From Omnitrophica WOR_2 bacterium GWF2_43_52 (GTDB lineage Bacteria; Omnitrophota; Gorgyraeia; Gygaellales; UBA12090), in the NCBI GenBank assembly GCA_001805445.1, contig MHGF01000028.1, positions 9,651 to 73,650 on the forward strand: a stretch of 64,000 nt of DNA. Reading direction: 5' to 3'. How positions within the stretch are numbered: position 1 is the first letter of the stretch; every line of letters starts with the position of its first letter. The notes under the pieces are model-generated. The model searched no databases. It was not told the DNA's origin and saw nothing but the letters and a program-made list of their open reading frames with translations. The position numbers and the translations under genes were made by a program. Shown piece after piece: positions 38,079-47,778 of this stretch.

Positions 38079-39479
38079 TTATATCAAAAGATCCTCAAGC
38101 TTCATTGCCCGCGAACCTTTAAGCAAAATGGTATCATTCTTTTTTGCTATCGCGGAAATGATAGTTCGTGCCTGCTCTAGGGATGAACATCGAAAAATAG
38201 ACCGCGGATTAAACCCGCAGGTTTGGGCGGCATCACATGCGCCTTGGCTTAAAGGCCCTATGCCCACAATGACATTGACGTTTGTTTTACTAAGGGCTTC
38301 CCCCATTTGCTGATGGAACAGCTCCGCGCGATTACCTAATTCCATCATATCAGCCATGACCATGATTTTTCTTCCTGATGCCGGCAAATGATGAAACGCG
38401 TCGAGCGCGCAGCGAAACGATGCCGGATTAGCGTTATAGGCATCATCAATAATCGTCATTCCTTTTACTTTCTTCATCTGGAAGCGCGCCTTAGGAAACG
38501 CGAAATCCTGGAATCCTTTTATAATATCGTAGGCATCGACGCTAAAAAGCCTGGCTACGGTATACGCGGCCAAGGCGTTATAAATATTGACCCTAGAAAC
38601 AGTAGTAAGGGAACAAGGATAACGTTTGACGTAAAACGAAATCTTTTTTTTGCCGCGGCGCACTCTTTGTGCCATGATATCCGCTTTATGATGTATACCA
38701 AAGGTGAAAAAAGTTACGTCGCCAGGAAGCCCCGAAGGCCTTTCTCTAAGTAAAGGATCGTCACCATTGAGTATGGCTATACGCGGCCAGGCCAATTCTT
38801 CGACTAAATCCCACTTCTCTTTTAAAACTCCCCCTTCATCGCCGAAGAACTCCAAATGTGCCGGGCCAATATTCGTAATAACCCCCACACTCGGCGCGGC
38901 AATCCTTGCCAGCTCGCGGATTTCACCGAAATGATTCGTCCCCAATTCTAAAACCGCCATTTCATGATGATGCCGCAGGTTAAGCAAAGTTAAAGACAGG
39001 CCGATACTATTATTCTGGGTACCTTCATTCTTTAAGACCTTGTATTTTGAGCTTAAAAGCCGGGAAATCATTTCCTTTGTTGTGGTTTTCCCATTAGAAC
39101 CGGTAATACCGATAACCGGAATGGCAAAACGCTTACGATGATAATACGCCAAATCACTTAACGCTCCTAGGGTGTTGCCTACCGCGATAAGGCTATGAGG
39201 GATTGTGCTGCCAAGGAGAATAACATTGTAGCGAGAAAAAATAATACATGAGGCGCCTTTCGCGATTGCTTCGGGAATAAAGTCATGGCCGTCAAAACGC
39301 TCTCCCTTAATACAGATGAAAATGTCGCCCTTCTTAAGGGTGCGGGAATCTATGGAAATTCCCGTAAAGAGTTCATCGGGCTCACCGATGATTAAGGCTC
39401 CACCTGTTGCCTCTATTACTTCACCGGCAGTAAAAAAGTGAGCTGGCATTTTTTCTCCTGGTATTCTATGTCGAACCAT
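38079..39479 (-). CDS. murF: UDP-N-acetylmuramoyl-tripeptide--D-alanyl-D-alanine ligase
   Basis: 466 aa Mur ligase. 'GSNGKTTTK'. Confidence 0.9.
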   Translation of the reverse strand: MVRHRIPGEKMPAHFFTAGEVIEATGGALIIGEPDELFTGISIDSRTLKKGDIFICIKGERFDGHDFIPEAIAKGASCIIFSRYNVILLGSTIPHSLIAVGNTLGALSDLAYYHRKRFAIPVIGITGSNGKTTTKEMISRLLSSKYKVLKNEGTQNNSIGLSLTLLNLRHHHEMAVLELGTNHFGEIRELARIAAPSVGVITNIGPAHLEFFGDEGGVLKEKWDLVEELAWPRIAILNGDDPLLRERPSGLPGDVTFFTFGIHHKADIMAQRVRRGKKKISFYVKRYPCSLTTVSRVNIYNALAAYTVARLFSVDAYDIIKGFQDFAFPKARFQMKKVKGMTIIDDAYNANPASFRCALDAFHHLPASGRKIMVMADMMELGNRAELFHQQMGEALSKTNVNVIVGIGPLSQGACDAAQTCGFNPRSIFRCSSLEQARTIISAIAKKNDTILLKGSRAMKLEDLLI

Positions 39480-40944
39480 GGCTGCCTAAGGCCCGCAGGC
39501 ATTCTTGCGCTACTATTATATCATCAAATGCGACTTTTTTGTCCTTAAATATTTGGTAATTTTCATGGCCTTTGCCGGCAATTAAAATCGTATCGTTACT
39601 ACCGGCTTTCCTAAGAGCTTCGTAGATAGCCTCTCTGCGGTCTAGAATTATTGTATACCTCTTAGTTGCGATTCCTGAAGCTATGGCTTCGGCTATATCT
39701 TTGGGCTCTTCGCTTCGCGGATTATCGGAGGTAATAATAATAGTATCCGCGTACCTTTCGGCGGCGCTTCCCATAAGCGGCCTTTTCAAGCGGTCACGAT
39801 CCCCTCCGCAGCCAAAGACAACAATAAGCTTACCGCCTGACAATTGCCGTAAAATCCGCAAAACATTTTCCAAGGCATCAGGGGTATGGGCATAATCAAC
39901 AAAAATATTTCTGTCGGCAGAACACACCTTTTCTAATCTTCCTTTTACGCCGCTAAAGGCTGTCACGGCCTTTGCGATATCTTCTAAGCCGATGCCTTGC
40001 GTTAAGCTAAAGGCAACGCTTGCTAAGATATTGGAAATATTGTGCCTGCCGATAAGCCTGGTGCTCAAGGTTACTTCGTGTTCCTTGCTGCGCAGGCGAA
40101 ACTCACTACCGTCTAAGCTCAGTTTTATATCGGTAGCCCTGAGATCCGCGTCGGAATCTATGGCAAAGCTCACAACAGGCGCCTGTGTCATACCCACAAG
40201 CCTCCTGCCATACGGGCAATCTAAATTCAGCAGTGCGTACGCGTCTTTTGAGAGCGCGGTAAATAGTTTTGCTTTTGCCAAAAAGTAATTTTCCAAATGA
40301 ATATGGTAATCCAAATGATCCTGGGTCAGGTTCGTAAATATACCCGCCGTAAAATCAATGGCTTCAACCCTTTTTTGATCCAAGCCATGGGAAGAAACCT
40401 CCATAACGCAATAGTGGCAGCCCGCGTCAATCATCTGTTGTAAAAGCGACTGCACCTCTATGGCGCCCGGGGTAGTGTTAAGCGCGGGAATCAGCGTATC
40501 CTTAACAATAGAGCCTATAGTCCCCAGTATACCGGCAGAGAAATGGGCTTCCCTCAGAATGCTCCTGATAAGATACGTTATGGTAGTCTTTCCGTTAGTG
40601 CCGGTAACCCCCACAACCTTAATCCTGCCTGAAGGATGGCCGAAAAATTCATCGGCCGCTACCGCTAAGGCATACCGAGTATCGGGAAAGGTGATAAACG
40701 GCATTTCTGCTGAAACAGGAGAGGGTGTATGGAGCGGCGCGATAATGCATACCGCGCCTTTTATTACTGCCTCCGCGACGAATTCACTTCCTTTTGCTTT
40801 TGCCCCATCAATAGCCACAAACAAGGCTCCCGGCCTTACCGCTTTTGAATCACTGCAAATGGAAACAATATCCCTATCGAAGCCACAAGAACTGAATCGC
40901 TTATTGTCTATTCTTTTCAGTAATTGAGAAAGTTTCATGGCCAT
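39466..40944 (-). CDS. murE: UDP-N-acetylmuramoyl-L-alanyl-D-glutamate--2,6-diaminopimelate ligase
   Basis: 492 aa. 'GTNGKTTITY'. Confidence 0.9.
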   Translation of the reverse strand: MAMKLSQLLKRIDNKRFSSCGFDRDIVSICSDSKAVRPGALFVAIDGAKAKGSEFVAEAVIKGAVCIIAPLHTPSPVSAEMPFITFPDTRYALAVAADEFFGHPSGRIKVVGVTGTNGKTTITYLIRSILREAHFSAGILGTIGSIVKDTLIPALNTTPGAIEVQSLLQQMIDAGCHYCVMEVSSHGLDQKRVEAIDFTAGIFTNLTQDHLDYHIHLENYFLAKAKLFTALSKDAYALLNLDCPYGRRLVGMTQAPVVSFAIDSDADLRATDIKLSLDGSEFRLRSKEHEVTLSTRLIGRHNISNILASVAFSLTQGIGLEDIAKAVTAFSGVKGRLEKVCSADRNIFVDYAHTPDALENVLRILRQLSGGKLIVVFGCGGDRDRLKRPLMGSAAERYADTIIITSDNPRSEEPKDIAEAIASGIATKRYTIILDRREAIYEALRKAGSNDTILIAGKGHENYQIFKDKKVAFDDIIVAQECLRALGSHGST

Positions 40945-42613
40945 CTCTTTGCAATTTCAAATAATTAACTACATCCTGGCTGATACGCTTAAATACCGGC
41001 GCGGCCACCACTCCTCCAAAATAATAAGGACGAGGCTCATCTAAAGTCACGACAACCGCAATCAAAGGATCATCCGCAGGGGCAAAACCGATAAAAGAGG
41101 CAATATACTTACTATGCGAATATGTTCCATTTGGCTCTATTTTCTGGGCAGTGCCTGTCTTGCCCGCTACCTTAAAATCAGAAACCCTGGCTAATTTCCC
41201 CGTGCCTTCCTCGGTAGCAAGCACCAAGATATCTTTCATGCGCCGCGCGGTAGCAGGAGAAATCACCCTGCGCACTTCCTGCGGCTTATATTCATCAATG
41301 ACTTCACCGCTATCGTATCGAATCGACTTAACGATAAACGGCTTCATCAATACTCCTCCGTTTGCGATAACCGATATGGCGCAGGCAAGCTGCAAAGCGG
41401 TAACCCCAACCTCATGTCCTATAGGTACGGCGCCGATAGAAGTCTTCGACCATGTTTTTGGGGCCTTTAACACACCGGAGATTTCACCCGGCATGTATAT
41501 CCCCGTACTTTTTCCAAAACCAAAGGCAGCCGCGTATTTATAAATGATATCCGCCCCCAAACCTTGGGCAATTTTGGTAGTGCCGATATTGCTTGATTCC
41601 GCGATGACATGGCTAAAGGTAAGCCAGCCATGAGGCTGATGGTCATGGAGGATATGGTTTGCCACTTTATAGGAACCGTTTTCGCAAAAGAAACGGTCTG
41701 ACTCTTTGAATGTACCTTCCTCTAAGGCTGCTGAAGCAGTCACTATTTTAAAAACAGAACCCGGCTCAAACATATCGGCGACAGCCCTGTTTCTGCGCGC
41801 GTCAAGATTCGCGTTCTGGGGGCTATTGGGGTCATACGTCGGGCGGTTGGCCATAGCGAGGATTTCGCCGGTTTTAGGATCCATAACGATTACCGACGCG
41901 CCTTTTGCGCGGAATTTCCTATACGCTATATCCAATTCTCTTTCCGTGACAAATTGGATAAACTCATCAATCGTCAGCACTATTTCCTGGCCGTTTTTTG
42001 GCATCAGCATATCCTTCCAAAGAAGCTGATTCTGCCGGGCATCCCGTAAAACTTGAGCCCACCCGCTTGTACCTTTGAGATACGAATCATAAAACATCTC
42101 TAATCCTTCCAAGCCGGTATTATCTATCCCTACAAAACCGATTTCATGGACAGCAAGACTTTTATTTGGATAACAACGCCTGCTTTCTCTAACAAACCCA
42201 ATTCCGTCAAGTTTAAGCTTTTTGATTTTCTCAACCTGATCAAAAGGCAATTTACGCGCAATCCATACAAAGGCTTTATCACGATAGAGCCGGCTTTTCA
42301 AATAGGCGTAATCAAGCCCTACAATTTCTTTTATTTTTTTTATCGTTGTTTCTTTGTCTTTGATGTTCCGCGCGGAGGCATAGAGTGAATCGCAGGGCAG
42401 ATTAAAAGCCTGGGGTTTGAGATTACGGTCATAGAATGCCCCCCGCAGAGGCTCTAATTCTATAAGAAGATTATGCTGCTGATTGGCAATCGCGGAAAGG
42501 TAGCGTGATTTAAAAAATTGGATATAGGCGAGGCGGCTAAGGCATAACGTGAAGAGAAGGAAGAAAAATAGAATCGTCGCGCGTAAACGACGATGGCTGA
42601 TGCTAATGTGCAC
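40901..42613 (-). CDS. ftsI: Peptidoglycan D,D-transpeptidase FtsI (PBP3)
   Basis: 570 aa. 'SVFK', 'SSN', 'KTGTA'. Confidence 0.9.
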   Translation of the reverse strand: MHISISHRRLRATILFFFLLFTLCLSRLAYIQFFKSRYLSAIANQQHNLLIELEPLRGAFYDRNLKPQAFNLPCDSLYASARNIKDKETTIKKIKEIVGLDYAYLKSRLYRDKAFVWIARKLPFDQVEKIKKLKLDGIGFVRESRRCYPNKSLAVHEIGFVGIDNTGLEGLEMFYDSYLKGTSGWAQVLRDARQNQLLWKDMLMPKNGQEIVLTIDEFIQFVTERELDIAYRKFRAKGASVIVMDPKTGEILAMANRPTYDPNSPQNANLDARRNRAVADMFEPGSVFKIVTASAALEEGTFKESDRFFCENGSYKVANHILHDHQPHGWLTFSHVIAESSNIGTTKIAQGLGADIIYKYAAAFGFGKSTGIYMPGEISGVLKAPKTWSKTSIGAVPIGHEVGVTALQLACAISVIANGGVLMKPFIVKSIRYDSGEVIDEYKPQEVRRVISPATARRMKDILVLATEEGTGKLARVSDFKVAGKTGTAQKIEPNGTYSHSKYIASFIGFAPADDPLIAVVVTLDEPRPYYFGGVVAAPVFKRISQDVVNYLKLQRDGHETFSITEKNRQ

Positions 42614-42679
42614 TGAAGGTCTCTATACTGACTCCATCTCTTTCTAAAAACGAAAGGTGGAGATAATAAGTTAAAGCCT

Positions 42680-43123
42680 TTATTTATGGGTGATGTCCTG
42701 GGCTTGGGCCTGATTATTTACCATTGTTTTGAGAAACGACACAGGCCAGACATCCTGTATTCTTGAAAAACTTAAGAAGACATTATTATTAGTCGCGCTC
42801 TCACGTATCTCTGAGGGCCCTCGACGCGCGTAAGCAGTGCCGCCACTCTCTTCTTTTGGCGCTCCTAACGATAATATGCGCGATTCTTTCGGCACTTCAA
42901 AAGAAGTTCCTTCATTAAAGAGCTTATTGCCTAGATACGATGATGATTTTAAGATAGAAAGATTATAGCGTAAATAATGGTTCCTATCAAGCACTTCTTT
43001 GTAGATAGTGCTCGCGCGGCTTCCCTGATAGGCAAGTTTAATAATTTCAACCTGCTGCCAGGTATAGCCTAGGCATAGAAAAATCCCAAAGCACAAACCG
43101 ATACTAAAATGTTTAAGTTTCAT
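42680..43123 (-). CDS. ftsL: FtsL-like small bitopic cell division protein
   Basis: 147 aa. Single N-terminal TM. Position between rsmH and ftsI. Confidence 0.6.
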   Translation of the reverse strand: MKLKHFSIGLCFGIFLCLGYTWQQVEIIKLAYQGSRASTIYKEVLDRNHYLRYNLSILKSSSYLGNKLFNEGTSFEVPKESRILSLGAPKEESGGTAYARRGPSEIRESATNNNVFLSFSRIQDVWPVSFLKTMVNNQAQAQDITHK

Positions 43124-44064
43124 ATTTTGCAGGATATCCTCATTTTTGCGCTGCGGGAGCGGGGGTTATCAGCTATCTCCTGCTCCGTTGGTTCAAGTGG
43201 TTTTTTCGTAACTATCGTATAGAGTTGGTTTGCCGCGTTTTCCCGGAAATTATGTTTTACGATCCTGTCTTCCAGGGAATGGAAAGAAATCACACACACA
43301 TACGCGCCTTTGCGTAAAAGTTCTGGAAGCTTTGCCAATGATTCTTCCAACGCCTCTAATTCCCTATTGACCGCGATTCGCAGCGCCTGAAAGGTCCGCG
43401 TCGCGGGATGTATCCTCTGACGGCGCGTAACACCATGAGGCATTGCCCTAAGAACGGCATCTTTCAATTGGCCTGTGGTTGATAGAGGGCTTTGATTTCT
43501 CTGCCTGATTAAATGTCTTGCTATCCTGCTATGCCAACGCTCCTCTCCAAATGCCCAAAGGATATCGGAAATTTCTTTTTCCGTTAAATTATTGACAAGG
43601 TCATATGCCAGGATTTGGCTGGTCCTATCCATGCGCATATCAAGCGGCGCGTCATAGCGAAAGCTAAAGCCCCGTTCTTGTGAATCCAACTGATAGCTTG
43701 ATATCCCTAAATCAAAAAGAATACCGTCAATCTTTTTTATCCTGAGTTCTGCCAGCACCTTATCAATGTTACGAAAATCAGCATGCACGAGGCTTACCCT
43801 ATCGTGAAAGTCCTTGAGACGCTCTTTCGTCAGGGCTAAAGAATCTTCATCACGGTCAATACCGATCAACCTTCCATCAGGAGCTATTTCTTTCAGAATT
43901 TTCTGGGCGTGCGCGCCTGTGCCTATGGTCGCGTCAACGATGGTTAATCCGGCTCGTAAATGCAAAGCCTCTACCACTTCTTTGGACATAACCGGCTTAT
44001 GCTCAATCGCTGCCACTTCAATTTCTCCTATCATTGTGCCTGTCCTCTCTTCAATGGGAATCAT
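43120..44064 (-). CDS. rsmH: 16S rRNA (cytosine1402-N4)-methyltransferase
   Basis: 314 aa MraW family. Confidence 0.92.
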   Translation of the reverse strand: MIPIEERTGTMIGEIEVAAIEHKPVMSKEVVEALHLRAGLTIVDATIGTGAHAQKILKEIAPDGRLIGIDRDEDSLALTKERLKDFHDRVSLVHADFRNIDKVLAELRIKKIDGILFDLGISSYQLDSQERGFSFRYDAPLDMRMDRTSQILAYDLVNNLTEKEISDILWAFGEERWHSRIARHLIRQRNQSPLSTTGQLKDAVLRAMPHGVTRRQRIHPATRTFQALRIAVNRELEALEESLAKLPELLRKGAYVCVISFHSLEDRIVKHNFRENAANQLYTIVTKKPLEPTEQEIADNPRSRSAKMRISCKI

Positions 44065-44083
44065 TCTTTTTTCTTATAAAACC

Positions 44084-44545
44084 TTATTCAACAGCCTTTC
44101 CTGAAACGGATTCATCCAGAAGATTCTGCGCGATTTCCTCAAAGGTCGCGCTTGAGTTCTGATAAAATTCCTGCCATATCGTCTTTGCCCAAATTTCAAT
44201 GCGATTTGAAACCCCTACGACCACCACATCTTTTTTTATATCGGCATAATCCTTTAAATACTGCTGAATGATAATTCTTCCCTGGCGGTCAGGGATTACT
44301 TCAATTGCTCCGGAAAAATACAAGCGGTTAAAAGTCCGCGCCTGCTGCTTAGTAAAAGAGATATTTTTCAACTTACTCTCCTGGCTTCTCCACTCCTCTT
44401 CGCTAAACATAAAAAGGCATTTATCAAGCCCGCGCGTAATAAAAAATTTCTCTATAAAATGGGCTTTCGCGGCTTCTCTGAATTTTGATGGCATAATAAG
44501 CCTTCCCTTGCGGTCTATGCTATGCTGATATTCACCATAAAACAT
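44084..44545 (-). CDS. mraZ: Transcriptional regulator MraZ
   Basis: 153 aa tandem MraZ/SpoVT-AbrB domains. Confidence 0.9.
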   Translation of the reverse strand: MFYGEYQHSIDRKGRLIMPSKFREAAKAHFIEKFFITRGLDKCLFMFSEEEWRSQESKLKNISFTKQQARTFNRLYFSGAIEVIPDRQGRIIIQQYLKDYADIKKDVVVVGVSNRIEIWAKTIWQEFYQNSSATFEEIAQNLLDESVSGKAVE

Positions 44546-44800
44546 TTTATTCCACTTTCCTCCACTTCAAACCACTCTATGGGAAAGTATACTCAAAATT
44601 ATGGTATTGTCAAGGTAAAAATGCGATAAATTTAATAACTACTATGGGTAGTGGCAATTGTAGCGATGAGGCTAGAAGCGTAGTAGGAAATAAAAAAGTG
44701 AGGAAATCTTCAAAAGGGAATCGTTAATGGGGGAGGTAAGATTTATTCATTTCTTAGGCAAGTCTTAGGCAAGGGCACAATTCTTATTTTAGCATTTCTT

Positions 44801-44898
44801 GTTTCAATCCACGTGCCCGCGCGGGGCGCGACGAGGCAGAGCGCACCATTAGTCCTGGCCGTTCCCATCTCAATATAACGGTTCATCCCCACGTGCGT
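44801..44898 (-). CRISPR. Orphan mini CRISPR-like locus: one intact type I-C-like repeat, 34-nt spacer, degenerate second repeat
   Basis: gtttcaatccacgtgcccgcgcggggcgcgac is the reverse complement of the GTCGCGCCCCGCGCGGGCGCGTGGATTGAAAC family, with a palindromic core. A 34-nt unique segment follows, then atctcaatataacg, which keeps only the terminal portion. No cas genes are in the window. Confidence 0.45.
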
Positions 44899-44934
44899 GG
44901 GTAACATGTATTTCGGAATCAGAAAAATTATTTC

Positions 44935-45843
44935 TTAGCTTGAGAGATACTGCAGGGCTTTTTGCTGGTCTTTCTTAATTTGTAAACGCAGGGCTTCGCT
45001 TGAGGAGAATTTTTTTTCGTCGCGGATTTTGCGGATAAAGTTAATCTCTATATCTTCACCATAAATTTCTTTCGAGAAAGCACACATATGCACTTCCACA
45101 GTTTTGTTCTCGTCACTGCTTCCAAAGGTCGGCCTATAACCTATATTACAGACACCTTTATAAACTTTACACTTATACATAACTTTTACAGCATACACTC
45201 CTTCCTGCGGCAGGACTTCATGATGGGGATTAATATTGGCGGTAGGATAACCGAGTATTCTTCCCCGCTGTTTACCCCGAATGACGGTACCTAATACCGA
45301 GACATCGCGGCCAAGCAGTTTCTTTGCCTGAGAGAGCTTGCCAGTTCTAATCAAATCCCGGATATGCCGGGAACTTGCTTTTTGTCCTGAAATGTGCAGC
45401 TCCTTAATCCCAACACCCTTAAACCCATAATCCTCTCCCAGTGAAGCTAAAAGAGCGGCATCACCCTGGGCTCTATAGCCAAATCGAAATTGGCTGCCGA
45501 CAAAGACAGCCTGTGGATGAAACCGCTTAACGAGAATATCTTTGACAAATGATTCCGCGGGCATTGCCGCGAACCTTGTATTAAACGTAATCACTACACA
45601 GTAATCAATACCCATGGCTTCAATAAGCCTAAGCCGGTGCTTCAGTGAAATAAGGTAGGGCTCGCCTTTTGGATGAGGATCAAAGGTAATACACACAGCG
45701 CTCGCATGAAGCTTTTTCGCGGCCGCGGCCGCCTTGTTAATCAAATACCGATGGCCCCTATGCAGCCCGTCGAATACCCCGATAACGACTACCGTATTAT
45801 GTAATTCCCGGCTAAGGTTAGAAAGCCCGAATGTCGTCTTCAT
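44935..45843 (-). CDS. ribF: Bifunctional riboflavin kinase / FMN adenylyltransferase
   Basis: 302 aa. FAD synthetase N-domain plus flavokinase C-domain. Confidence 0.9.
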   Translation of the reverse strand: MKTTFGLSNLSRELHNTVVVIGVFDGLHRGHRYLINKAAAAAKKLHASAVCITFDPHPKGEPYLISLKHRLRLIEAMGIDYCVVITFNTRFAAMPAESFVKDILVKRFHPQAVFVGSQFRFGYRAQGDAALLASLGEDYGFKGVGIKELHISGQKASSRHIRDLIRTGKLSQAKKLLGRDVSVLGTVIRGKQRGRILGYPTANINPHHEVLPQEGVYAVKVMYKCKVYKGVCNIGYRPTFGSSDENKTVEVHMCAFSKEIYGEDIEINFIRKIRDEKKFSSSEALRLQIKKDQQKALQYLSS

Positions 45844-46480
45844 TGAAACTATCCACAGTTTTTGCCTGGCTTATCATATACGGGCCGATGGCAACCCGGC
45901 GTATACGTGAAATATGGCCGGCGGAATTAAGGCGGCTGGCAATGTCTTCACCTAAACTTCGGATATACGTGCCTTTGGAACATTTCACCTCAAACTCTAT
46001 TTCCGGTAAAGAAAACCTTAGCAGCCTCAACCAGGAGAGAAAAATTATTCTTTTTTTTCTTTCGACAGTAATGCCTTTACGCGCCAGTTTGTATAAAGGT
46101 TTTCCCTTATGCTTAATGGCCGAAACCATGGGAGGGATTTGCTCACTCTCTCCTTCAAGGGATTTGAAAACCGATACAACAGCAGGCTCACGCAATCCCT
46201 CATAGGATGCCTGCGCGATGACTTTCCCCTGGGAATCGCCCGTATCGGTTGCAAAACCCAGAGTAAGCGTCGCGATATACTCTTTATCAAAGCTGGTAAA
46301 ACGGCTGCATTCTTTGGTAGCAGCCCCTACCAAAATAATAAGCAGCCCTGTCGCCAGAGGGTCCAATGTCCCGGCATGGCCAACCTTACGAATGGCTAAC
46401 TTCTTGCGTACAATGTCAACGACATCGTGTGAAGTCAACCCTTGAGGCTTATCGATTAAAAGTAAACCGGCCTTATGCAT
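45818..46480 (-). CDS. truB: tRNA pseudouridine(55) synthase (short form)
   Basis: 220 aa. 'GHAGTLDP' catalytic Asp motif. Confidence 0.85.
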   Translation of the reverse strand: MHKAGLLLIDKPQGLTSHDVVDIVRKKLAIRKVGHAGTLDPLATGLLIILVGAATKECSRFTSFDKEYIATLTLGFATDTGDSQGKVIAQASYEGLREPAVVSVFKSLEGESEQIPPMVSAIKHKGKPLYKLARKGITVERKKRIIFLSWLRLLRFSLPEIEFEVKCSKGTYIRSLGEDIASRLNSAGHISRIRRVAIGPYMISQAKTVDSFNEDDIRAF

Positions 46481-47447
46481 AGCGCCTCATTAACTCTTTC
46501 GCGCGCTTAATAATACTGCCTTTGACTGCCTCAAAATCACCCTCAAGCGTAGCGCCGCTGGCGTTTCTATGGCCGCCGCCGCCAAAGCGCGAAGCCAAAT
46601 AATTGCAATCAAAATTATTCTGCGAACGGAAGTTAATACGTATCTGATCCTTTTTCCCCCTTACCTCTTTAAATACCATTGCCAGTTCAATGCCTTTAAT
46701 CGAGCGCAAGAGGCTTAAGGCTACTTCCGCCAAATCTATCTCCGGATAAATATGGTTAAGAATTTTCCTGGAAATAGTGGCCCAGACGATTTTCCCCGAC
46801 GGGTCTTTTTCGATCGAAGACACTATACTGCCTAATAATTTAATATCTTCAAACGGATTATTTTCAAAAAGCTTATTGTAGACTGTTGCCGGATTAATGT
46901 TTACAGCCAGCAACTTAGCAGCAATACGGTGGCACGACGCGCTCGCGTTACTATAACGGAAATTTCCGGTATCAACAACAATACCCGCATATAACGAGAG
47001 CGCCATATCGCTATCCAAAGCCACCTTAAGCTTTCGGCAAAGCTCATAGACCATTTCGCAGGTGCAACATGCTTTGACATCAACCCAATTCACTTTCGCA
47101 AACTTTGTATTCGAAATATGGTGGTCGATATTAAGGCTTTGGCACTTGGCTTTCATTACTTGCTGCACCTTGCCCACGCGCGAAATCTCAGCGCAATCAA
47201 GAAATACCGCGCAATCAAAATCTCTTATTTTCTTGGATACAGCCTGTACCGTGTTACTTCCAGGCAAGAATACGCATTCAGGGGGGACCTTACTCTCATT
47301 GACAATAAAACCTTCCTTCCCAAGCTTTCTTAGCATCGACAAAAATGCCAACTCAGCGCCTAAGCCATCTGCCTCAGGATTTATATGCGTGGTTATTAAA
47401 AAAACCTTATTTCTTCGAATTGCCTCGGCTACTTTGTTTAAGCTCAT
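46473..47447 (-). CDS. nrnA: DHH/DHHA1 phosphoesterase (NrnA-like oligoribonuclease/pAp phosphatase)
   Basis: 324 aa. 'DHH' and 'GGGH' motifs. Confidence 0.8.
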   Translation of the reverse strand: MSLNKVAEAIRRNKVFLITTHINPEADGLGAELAFLSMLRKLGKEGFIVNESKVPPECVFLPGSNTVQAVSKKIRDFDCAVFLDCAEISRVGKVQQVMKAKCQSLNIDHHISNTKFAKVNWVDVKACCTCEMVYELCRKLKVALDSDMALSLYAGIVVDTGNFRYSNASASCHRIAAKLLAVNINPATVYNKLFENNPFEDIKLLGSIVSSIEKDPSGKIVWATISRKILNHIYPEIDLAEVALSLLRSIKGIELAMVFKEVRGKKDQIRINFRSQNNFDCNYLASRFGGGGHRNASGATLEGDFEAVKGSIIKRAKELMRRYA

Positions 47448-47778
47448 CTTTAATCCTTTCTATCTTTGAGGCGATATCAATGCTATACTCAACCGAATTA
47501 TCCAGCTTAAAGATTATCTCGGGAGTAAGGCGCAGTTTTAGCTTTTGCCCGATAAGATGGCGTATCAACCCTTTGGCAGACTCAAGCGCGTCCTGAGCCT
47601 TCCGCTTCTGCAAGTCAGTGCCCATGATACTAATATAAATCTTGGCAAGCTGTAAATCCCTGGTTACTTCAACTCTCATGACGGTAACAAACCCCAGGCG
47701 GGGATCGCTTAATTCTGTCTGAAGGATACTGCCAACTTCTCTTTTTATCTCTTGCGCTACTTTTTCAATCCTGCTCAT
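47407..47778 (-). CDS. rbfA: Ribosome-binding factor A
   Basis: 123 aa KH-like RbfA. Confidence 0.85.
   Translation of the reverse strand: MSRIEKVAQEIKREVGSILQTELSDPRLGFVTVMRVEVTRDLQLAKIYISIMGTDLQKRKAQDALESAKGLIRHLIGQKLKLRLTPEIIFKLDNSVEYSIDIASKIERIKDELKQSSRGNSKK

Noticed and set aside
44546-44800. MraZ-box direct repeats (cttaggcaag x2) in the mraZ promoter region
   Set aside because: Only two short copies are present, and their spacing does not clearly match the 10-bp-phased TGGGN arrays described for MraZ. Evidence is too weak to call.
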